In this document: positions 57,786-64,000 of the stretch, one piece after another
Numbering within the stretch: position 1 is the stretch's first letter
How the letters are laid out: each line of letters opens with the position of its first letter
Assembly: GCA_038134595.1 (NCBI GenBank)
Contig: JAYPVM010000008.1
Location: 32,001 to 96,000 of the forward strand
Reading direction: 5' to 3'
Length of the DNA: 64,000 nt
Source of the DNA: Pseudomonadota bacterium
GTDB taxonomy: Bacteria; Bdellovibrionota_C; UBA2361; OMII01
Position numbers and translations under genes: made by a program
Notes under the pieces: generated by a model
The model's database searches: none
What the model saw: only the letters and a program-made list of their open reading frames with translations
What the model was told of the DNA's origin: nothing

Positions 57786-58655
57786 CTATTGAGAGGCTGC
57801 CGATTTTCTGTACATTCCGTGTGATACAATCATATGCGGAAGGGTTAACCCAGCTATTAAGCAGATTGAAGCCGCAAAGAGGTCACTAATCTCTGCGAGA
57901 TTAAATAAGAGAGTAAAAGGCAACAGTCCTACGATAGCGATAGCAGATATAATCACAAAATCAATTGGAAGTGCACCTGGCTTCTCGCAGTGCTTCATGC
58001 AGTGTTCTAAATGAATCCTTGAGTGTCTTCCGATAAACCAGACTGCAAATCCTGAAAGAGGAGGCAGTATAGCCCAGCCAACTAAACAGAGAGCGCGCTC
58101 GAAGGTTGTTATCCGAGAGCCTCTGGTGTTGCGAAGAGTCTCAACTATTAAGAGGATGCTCAGTGCGACAAATACTACGCTCGACACAATAGTAAGGGGC
58201 GCGCTGATTTGTTCAAAGATTGCTGGAGATATAAAAAATTCAATGTATCTTTTTGATTGATCAGCATGAAGGCCGATTGGCAGAAGTATTGCAGCGCTAC
58301 CAATCCATAAACCAATCCAAGAGCGTCCCTGTTTTGCCAAGAACCCCTCGCCTTCGGCGAAATGGAGCACCGAGAGCACGAGGAATATAGAGAGGCCAAT
58401 CGGTGGAGCGAAAACACACAGAGCAGTCATGCTAAAAACGCATGTAAGGTATACTAAAGAGATACTACAAAGTGATAGAGCATGTGAGCGCCATCTTTCG
58501 CGGGCTACCCGCAGGTCGAAGGAGCCGTGAGGAATTCCTGCAAGGATTATGAGGAGGAGTGCAAGCCATTCGGCCCAGTGTGCGTTGATAACCGTCAGAA
58601 TCGATAGGATTAAAAGCAGGGATATGACCAATGTTGTACTAAAGTTTATCCGCAT
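57786..58655 (-). CDS. blh: Brp/Blh beta-carotene 15,15'-dioxygenase (retinal-forming)
   Basis: Multi-TM protein with His motifs GIPHGSFD, LHFAEGE, HSRIH, LTLPHM. Start overlaps the end of crtY. Confidence 0.92.
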   Translation of the reverse strand: MRINFSTTLVISLLLILSILTVINAHWAEWLALLLIILAGIPHGSFDLRVARERWRSHALSLCSISLVYLTCVFSMTALCVFAPPIGLSIFLVLSVLHFAEGEGFLAKQGRSWIGLWIGSAAILLPIGLHADQSKRYIEFFISPAIFEQISAPLTIVSSVVFVALSILLIVETLRNTRGSRITTFERALCLVGWAILPPLSGFAVWFIGRHSRIHLEHCMKHCEKPGALPIDFVIISAIAIVGLLPFTLLFNLAEISDLFAASICLIAGLTLPHMIVSHGMYRKSAASQ

Positions 58656-59746
58656 AGCAAAGCTCGTAACATTTTTCGTTTGGGGACTGTGAGCCAAACA
58701 GGAAGTGTTTGAAGAAAAGAACTTTCATCTGAGAGAAAAGCCACAAGGTTTTTGTTTGATGCACGAGAAAGTAGACTCTCCATGAAGTCTGCACCGGAGG
58801 CGGGGCTTGAAGAAAGAGCCTGAAGAAACAACCTGTCTCCCATATCAAGCCAGCGAGGATATGCTACCTTTGAAGGCAAGCCATCTTGTACGATATGACG
58901 AGCGAGAGCCCGAGCTTGTTTCTGTATCTTGATAAAGGCATATCCAGTTGCTGTTCGAACAGCGCCGGAGTTACTTCCTATGTGGAAGAGGTCTGCGTGC
59001 TTCTGAGGTGGGAGTCCCATTGGTATTGCACCACGCTCAGTGCGTTTAAGGAGTATCGGCGTAGAGATGTTTTGCTCTAACCATGTATGACAACGAGTAA
59101 GATGGTATTCCTCTTCTAGAATCCTTGGACTAAAAGTAGTATGCTCTACAAGCGCTGTTTGGGGTGATGTCGGTAGTACATAGAAGAAACTTACTGGAGC
59201 TTCGGATGAGCTTGGTCCAATATCCATGATGAGCGCAGTCGATGCTTCGAATGTCGGAGCTGGGGTCTCTATCCATAAGCCTGCAAAAGATTGCCAGAGT
59301 AGCGGAGCAAGAGACTCTTTCTCAAAAGACGCGTCTATAACACAATCAAATGTGTGATACCCATGAGTGCTCTGGATGCGTTGGGAATCAATAGCCGCAA
59401 CAGGAGACTCCCAATGAAATATCACTCCGCCAGATTCTAGAAGTTTGAGAGTGTAGGCAAAGAACTCATCTCCGTGAATTAGGGTGTAGGGGGTGTCTGA
59501 AACGTCTATCTTGCGAGTAAATGTTGAGCTCTTAAAACTGATAGCGTTCCAAGATGTTGTTGCCTCTGGAAGAGTAAATACCTCTCTAGGTTTAAAGAAG
59601 CAGAATGTTCTTTGGGGATGTGGTAATCGGGGACGAGAATCAAAGATTGTAATTGACGTTTGTGGCTTTAGCTCCAACAACTCTCGAGCTACCGATAAGC
59701 CAGCTACACCTGCTCCAACGATACCGATATGTTTTGGAGTATTCAT
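58646..59746 (-). CDS. crtY: Lycopene beta-cyclase
   Basis: IVGAGVAGLS, RTFCFF, WQSFAG, FFYVLP, ALVEHT.F, ERGAIPM, TGYAF; lies between crtB and blh. Confidence 0.88.
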   Translation of the reverse strand: MNTPKHIGIVGAGVAGLSVARELLELKPQTSITIFDSRPRLPHPQRTFCFFKPREVFTLPEATTSWNAISFKSSTFTRKIDVSDTPYTLIHGDEFFAYTLKLLESGGVIFHWESPVAAIDSQRIQSTHGYHTFDCVIDASFEKESLAPLLWQSFAGLWIETPAPTFEASTALIMDIGPSSSEAPVSFFYVLPTSPQTALVEHTTFSPRILEEEYHLTRCHTWLEQNISTPILLKRTERGAIPMGLPPQKHADLFHIGSNSGAVRTATGYAFIKIQKQARALARHIVQDGLPSKVAYPRWLDMGDRLFLQALSSSPASGADFMESLLSRASNKNLVAFLSDESSFLQTLPVWLTVPKRKMLRALLCG

Positions 59747-60612
59747 TCGTTAATGGCCAGTGGCTCGTTTGAGTTCTGGAGTCGAGGGGTAGTGGTAGTG
59801 GAGCACGGTGCACAAACAGGGCTCCATCCAAGAGCTATCTTGGCGGTTAGGAGGAGTTTTTGAGATAGTGGCACCACGGCACGGGAACGCGATAGTTTTT
59901 GATTCTGCAGAACCCGACTTCCAATTGCTTGATAGCAGCGGGCAGCAACGGTTATTGCAAATCGATTGCGGGAGTCCAGATATGAAAGGCCACGTAGTCC
60001 ATACGCGTAGTGATGATTTGCTCGTTCTAAGAGCATCGCAACCGCTGTTGCTATCCTGGCTTCATGTGCATTGAAGGACTCAATCGTGAGACTCTTTGAG
60101 CTGTTTGCCAGCCATGTTGATGGTAGATATACGCGGCCCCGTGTTAGATCCTCTATGATATCTCGTGCGATGTTTGTGTACTGCATTGCAATGCCTAAGC
60201 GAGCCGCATATGTCCTTCCTGCCGGATCCTTGCCTCCGAGTAGGGGATACATAAGTAAGCCTACGTTACCGGCTACTCCGTGTGCGTAATGCTCGAGATC
60301 CTCTTTATCCTCAATGTGTAGTGTCGGAGTATCGCCTCGGCATGCTACGACAAGTGCTATTAAAGGCCGTCGAATCTCTGGAAATCTTTTTAAGATGTGG
60401 CGCAAGGGATCGACAATCGGGTGCGAGATGTGGTCGAAATTGAGAGCTTCGAGAACATGCGTAAGAGCCTGTTCTCGCTTAGGTGTGATCGGAGCTTTAT
60501 CTGCGATATCGTCGATGGTTCGGCAAAAATTATAAAGTATGACTGTGTCGTTGTATATTGAGTTGTTGAGCCAGCGAGTGGCGAAAAAGAAGGTTTTTCC
60601 GGCCTTCGCCAC
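59743..60612 (-). CDS. crtB: Phytoene synthase
   Basis: GKTFFFA, Y.FCRTIDDIAD, Y..GVAG.VG, LGIAMQYTNIARDIIED..RGRVYLP. Start uncertain. Confidence 0.92.
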   Translation of the reverse strand: MAKAGKTFFFATRWLNNSIYNDTVILYNFCRTIDDIADKAPITPKREQALTHVLEALNFDHISHPIVDPLRHILKRFPEIRRPLIALVVACRGDTPTLHIEDKEDLEHYAHGVAGNVGLLMYPLLGGKDPAGRTYAARLGIAMQYTNIARDIIEDLTRGRVYLPSTWLANSSKSLTIESFNAHEARIATAVAMLLERANHHYAYGLRGLSYLDSRNRFAITVAARCYQAIGSRVLQNQKLSRSRAVVPLSQKLLLTAKIALGWSPVCAPCSTTTTPRLQNSNEPLAINE

Positions 60613-60647
60613 ATATGGGAGCCGCTGGATGACTACGTATCAGACCA

Positions 60648-60674
60648 TACTGTTTCTCTACGTCAGAAACAGTA
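60648..60674. promoter_or_regulatory. Perfect inverted repeat upstream of crtB (candidate operator or hairpin)
   Basis: TACTGTTTCT-ctacgtc-AGAAACAGTA (10-7-10). Confidence 0.45.
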
Positions 60675-61033
60675 CGTTGTTCCGACACAGATAGTCCAAA
60701 TCGCACAGATCCTGGCGGCTTAAAACACTTTGAGAATAGAAAAAGGAGTGCTCCGCTTGCAATGCTCGTTCTATGCTCAGGCGTTACGTTGCCTGTTTGC
60801 TTGAAAGGGAGAGGGGGTAGGTGGTGATTAGATTTTGATAATAAACATTATCTTTTGAGTAGGTTGTTTCCTATAAGAGGGGAGGAGTGCCCCAGTATCT
60901 GCGAGAACATCGTTTGGTAAACGTGGTTGTATTTAAGATTACTGAGTTCGGTTCGCTAATAAGCTCAGAAAACAAGACTAACGGCCATGAACCAGCCTAG
61001 CTCTTTACGTGCAAGCAGATTGTGGTGAAACAG

Positions 61034-61546
61034 TTATCCTTGTCGCCCCAATACAAGCGAAAAGAAATCTTTGATGCCACTTGTTAAGGTTTGATGAGAT
61101 GAGCTTAAAAGCCGCTTGAGCTCTGCGGCATCGAGCCAAATGCCCCCTGAATCAGGACACCTGTCGATAGAGACTCCTAGGACCTTTTCTTGATTCATCG
61201 GTTTTCCGGTGATCGGACTGTTTTTACCGCCTGTTACTGAGCTCGCATCCTTCGGCGTTAGTGAGGGAAATTGGTCGATAAGGTCTTTAAGTGATGCTGA
61301 ATTGTCTTTTGAGGCAACAAGGAGTTGCTCAAGCTCACCAGCATCGAGCCAGATGCCACCTGAGTCAACACATCTATCAAGCACCGTTCCCATAACAGTA
61401 ACGATCTCCATCGGGTTGCCAGTTACTGGACTGGGTCTTGCCGGTTGCTCCTTCTTGGCCGCTAGTCGTGCGAGTGCTTGCTTGTTGAGGTTATCAAAGT
61501 AACTTTCCTCTTGAGCCTTCCTTCTATCATCCCATGCATCACTCAT
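61034..61546 (-). CDS. Protein with N-terminal EExYF helix and two degenerate zf-TFIIB-like ribbons
   Basis: SD GGAGAGG. Two repeats SP.TG.PM..V.G..IDRC.DSGGIWLDA.EL. Confidence 0.85.
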   Translation of the reverse strand: MSDAWDDRRKAQEESYFDNLNKQALARLAAKKEQPARPSPVTGNPMEIVTVMGTVLDRCVDSGGIWLDAGELEQLLVASKDNSASLKDLIDQFPSLTPKDASSVTGGKNSPITGKPMNQEKVLGVSIDRCPDSGGIWLDAAELKRLLSSSHQTLTSGIKDFFSLVLGRQG

Positions 61547-61739
61547 GACAACCTCTCCATTTGGTTAAAATACAGATAAATTGTACTCAGAGTTGTGGCC
61601 AGTCGACAACACGTAAGCAGGGGAAAAAGTGCCAAATGGAGGTGTTTAAGCCTTGGGGGATAAGGCTTCTTAGGGAGAGGGTTGCGTACTAGTTGACTTT
61701 TCTCTCGGGGCAGGGTACTTCTCTTAGCCTGTTAGAGAT

Positions 61740-61816
61740 GCGGGTGTAGCTCAGCTGGCTAGAGCGCTTCCTTGCCAAGGAAGAGGTCGAGGGTTCGAAT
61801 CCCTTCACCCGCTCCA
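61740..61816 (+). tRNA. tRNA-Gly (GCC)
   Basis: GCGGGTGTAGCTCAGCTGGCTAGAGCGCTTCCTTGCCAAGGAAGAGGTCGAGGGTTCGAATCCCTTCACCCGCTCCA: anticodon GCC, CCA encoded. Confidence 0.97.
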
Positions 61817-61895
61817 CATCTCTATTTTCCTCCTGCCTTCTCAAGAGCTTTTTATCTTCGTTGAGTAGCTTTGTTTTTGCAGGCTAGTTCTCTTC

Positions 61896-61943
61896 TCACA
61901 GCGTTGTTTCGTCACAGTGTTGTTTCCTTACAGTGTTGTTTCG
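61896..61943. repeat. Tandem repeat, 3 x 16 bp
   Basis: TCACAGCGTTGTTTCG / TCACAGTGTTGTTTCC / TTACAGTGTTGTTTCG. Confidence 0.9.
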
Positions 61944-62219
61944 TTTCTTAAGTCATGAAATGAGTGGTGAAATCCTCTAGAGCTCTGTGCCGTGGCGAGG
62001 GACGGAATAGAGTTTTTTGTAGTCAAAAATCGAAGTCGCCAGAAAACACACATAAGTACAGCTGGTTAGATACTTATTGGCAACAGCTGTTATGAATCAG
62101 TTTGAATCAGTTCGTCCATAACTGTTTTTATACGGATCGTTTTATTGTGAAGCAAAGTGAGGCGATACGAGGAATAGAGTACGAAGAAGTAGTTAATAGT
62201 AGTAAACGAATAGGGTGTA

Positions 62220-63062
62220 ATGGCCACTAACGCTCAAAATGCTGCGCAATTAGACGAACGAGATGACTTTCAGCATCTTAGAACGCAGCAACTCTTAGCT
62301 CTGAGGGTAATAGCCCCCCCACGTTCTAAGTTGGGTGCGCTTATAGAGGAGCGGTTAGGTAAGCTCTACGCGGAGCTTGGAGAGGAGATCGACCCTGCCA
62401 AGAGAAAGGCAAACAGCCAAATTCAGGACAGAACCGGCTCATCTGACGAGACTCCAGATACCTCCGATATAGGTAATTCTCCTTCTTTGGGTGGTGCTAC
62501 AAGTAATGGTGGCGCCTTTGCATCCCCGATTGATAGAGAGCTCGATGGTTCTGCAACCCTTCAGGATAGAACGTCTCCAACTGAGAAGAAGCTCTCTCCA
62601 CCGAAGGGTGTTCGCTTTAAGGAGGCAACGCAGAAATCAAAAACTGCTGTCAGAGATGCCGAGCCGCAAGTTGAGGTGACACAGCAGGCATGGATTTGGA
62701 TGCTCTCTCAGCTTCTTCAAACAGATTTAGAGCGACTCGGACTAGAGCCTGATGAATTTAACGATATACGAGTATTTCTTATTAAAAATGAGGCAAAAAA
62801 GTATTCCAAGCTAGAACTTTTATCAAAATTGCCTGCTTCGCTAAGCCCTGAAGCTGTTACCAAGATCTTTGAGGATATTCGAACTATGGCGGCAGGTTAT
62901 GTAGCCTTTGTGACGATTGAGCGACTAAAAAGAGAGCTTGAAAATGAAGAAGAGATGAAGCAAATGCCGCAGTTGCCCCGATCTATTAGTAGTCCGTTTT
63001 ATGAGATCCCTCTGGTTGATTTTGACCCTGAGGATGTAATGAAAAAGCTTTCTGAAGGGTAG
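62220..63062 (+). CDS. Hypothetical protein
   Basis: 280-aa ORF with helical N- and C-terminal parts and a disordered middle; SD-like AGGG. Confidence 0.7.
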   Translation: MATNAQNAAQLDERDDFQHLRTQQLLALRVIAPPRSKLGALIEERLGKLYAELGEEIDPAKRKANSQIQDRTGSSDETPDTSDIGNSPSLGGATSNGGAFASPIDRELDGSATLQDRTSPTEKKLSPPKGVRFKEATQKSKTAVRDAEPQVEVTQQAWIWMLSQLLQTDLERLGLEPDEFNDIRVFLIKNEAKKYSKLELLSKLPASLSPEAVTKIFEDIRTMAAGYVAFVTIERLKRELENEEEMKQMPQLPRSISSPFYEIPLVDFDPEDVMKKLSEG

Positions 63063-63068
63063 GTAGCG

Positions 63069-63458
63069 ATGTTTCCCGTAAAAGACAGATATGACGAAGT
63101 ATTTGATATCGAGATAGATGGATGGGTCTTTGGTCTCACGAATTATCCGGGAGAGGTTTCCGCGCCGGTTCTTCATCGTATCATCAGAGAGTTGGGATCT
63201 TCTTTTCACATGGCGATAGAACATAACGTTGTGTTTAACGTCCTAGAAGTAGCGGCAAAATTCTCCGATGCCACAAAAAATCTCGTGCACGAGCAAGAGA
63301 TAGCCATGGCAATTGTGGCCCAACTACCCAATCCAGCCTTACTACTTGAGGAACAGCAGTGTGTGTTGGGCTTGGTTATCGACCAAGTTGAGCAAGCATA
63401 TCCAGGTGCTCTATCTAGCTTCTACAACAGGTGGAAGATAGGCCAGCAGGCGGCATAA
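63069..63458 (+). CDS. Hypothetical protein
   Basis: 129-aa globular-looking ORF 6 nt after the previous stop; SD-like AGGT. Confidence 0.7.
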   Translation: MFPVKDRYDEVFDIEIDGWVFGLTNYPGEVSAPVLHRIIRELGSSFHMAIEHNVVFNVLEVAAKFSDATKNLVHEQEIAMAIVAQLPNPALLLEEQQCVLGLVIDQVEQAYPGALSSFYNRWKIGQQAA

Positions 63459-63533
63459 CCAGCTAATACCGCTCTAAATCCGTAAAAATGTGCTCGGCAA
63501 TGCCTTTAATGGCCTAAAAACCCCCCGCTGATA

Positions 63534-63562
63534 TTGACACCACCAGCGCCCTACAGTACCTT
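63534..63562 (+). promoter_or_regulatory. Sigma-70 promoter of rpmE
   Basis: TTGACA-N17-TACCTT, ending 10 nt before the ATG. Confidence 0.7.
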
Positions 63563-63572
63563 TCCCTGCACT

Positions 63573-63800
63573 ATGAAAGACGAAATTCATCCAACTTATT
63601 ACGATGCCTCCGTTCATTGCGGTGGTTGTGGAACTACCTTTCAAATCGGCGCCACAGTGCCAGAGATACGAGTAGGTGTGTGTTCGAAGTGTCACCCCTT
63701 TTACACCGGGCAACAAAAACTCGTAGATGCTGAAGGCCGTGTAGATCGGTTTAAGAAGAAGTACGGTAGCTTTCCATCGCTTTCTAAGAAAGCCGAGTAG
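63573..63800 (+). CDS. rpmE: 50S ribosomal protein L31, zinc-binding type
   Basis: MKDEIHPTY, CGGCG, VCSKCHPFYTG, GRVDRFKKKY. Confidence 0.97.
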   Translation: MKDEIHPTYYDASVHCGGCGTTFQIGATVPEIRVGVCSKCHPFYTGQQKLVDAEGRVDRFKKKYGSFPSLSKKAE

Positions 63801-63809
63801 TATTCTCCC

Positions 63810-64000
63810 ATGCATATGAGGAAGAATCGAGCGCCAGCACTTGTCGGTAAGACAGTGGTGGCGTTTTTCATTGTAGCTGTATGCTCTCTCTGGGGCTGTA
63901 ACGTTGAACGCTCGGGTATTTATCCCGGAGAAGTGGCTCCAAACATCATCGGAGTTGATCCGATCTCTGGTGAAAAGATAGCATTACACGATGTCGCAGG
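63810..64000 (+). CDS. Probable TlpA/ResA-like redoxin lipoprotein, 3'-truncated by the window edge
   Basis: Hand translation MHMRKNRAPALVGKTVVAFFIVAVCSLWGCNVERSGIYPGEVAPNIIGVDPISGEKIALHDVA shows a lipobox (LWGC) and a redoxin-like start G..AP. The CxxC motif is not within the window. Confidence 0.65.
   Translation, partial: MHMRKNRAPALVGKTVVAFFIVAVCSLWGCNVERSGIYPGEVAPNIIGVDPISGEKIALHDVA

Noticed and set aside
57786..58655. Rhodopsin gene
   Set aside because: The multi-TM ORF has the Blh His motifs and no helix-G DxxxK retinal lysine. No other ORF in the window looks like an opsin.
60648..60674. LexA box or PpsR/CrtJ site
   Set aside because: Spacing between TGT and ACA is 15 nt, not CTGT-N8-ACAG or TGT-N12-ACA. 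Kept only as an unassigned palindrome.
60837..60853. Fur box GATAAT-AAAC-ATTATC
   Set aside because: Half-site spacing of 4 nt fits neither the 7-1-7 nor the 19-bp Fur consensus, and the context is AT-rich.
57786..61816. tRNA-anchored genomic island carrying crtB-crtY-blh
   Set aside because: No integrase or transposase, the cassette lies 5' of tRNA-Gly, and I found no duplicate of the tRNA 3' end by eye.
61896..61943. CRISPR array
   Set aside because: The units are only 16 bp, directly adjacent with no unique spacers, and no cas genes are present.

Overview
Gene-dense bacterial chromosome segment, mostly core functions. Gene content suggests a Gram-negative Deltaproteobacteria/Bdellovibrionota-like lineage (inference only). 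It carries housekeeping genes (tkt, map, degP-like, rplM-rpsI, kdsB, alr, rsmE, glpD, rpsN, nfo, ppa, uppP, rpmE), tRNA-Phe and tRNA-Gly, and a flagellar hook/basal-body gene set split into two blocks. These are fliK-flgD-flgE and flgBC-fliEF-fliHIJ plus a MotE/YlxF-like gene; each block has a sigma-54-type promoter and fliG is missing from its usual position. A partial retinal-synthesis cassette (crtB-crtY-blh) has no crtI or rhodopsin in the window. No integrase, transposase, CRISPR array or rRNA was seen. The best candidates for something undescribed are: (1) an unannotated, highly structured ~245-nt minus-strand RNA with its own promoter and U-tails, divergent from flgB; (2) a small protein joining an IF1/zeta-like ATPase-inhibitor-type helix to two Cys-depleted zinc ribbons; (3) the fliG-less flagellar block abutting the retinal cassette; (4) a PHP-fold protein with its metal ligands replaced; (5) widespread apparent leaderless genes; (6) two divergent RNA methyltransferase genes whose start codons overlap in one CATG. 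All calls come from reading motifs by eye; no searches were run.
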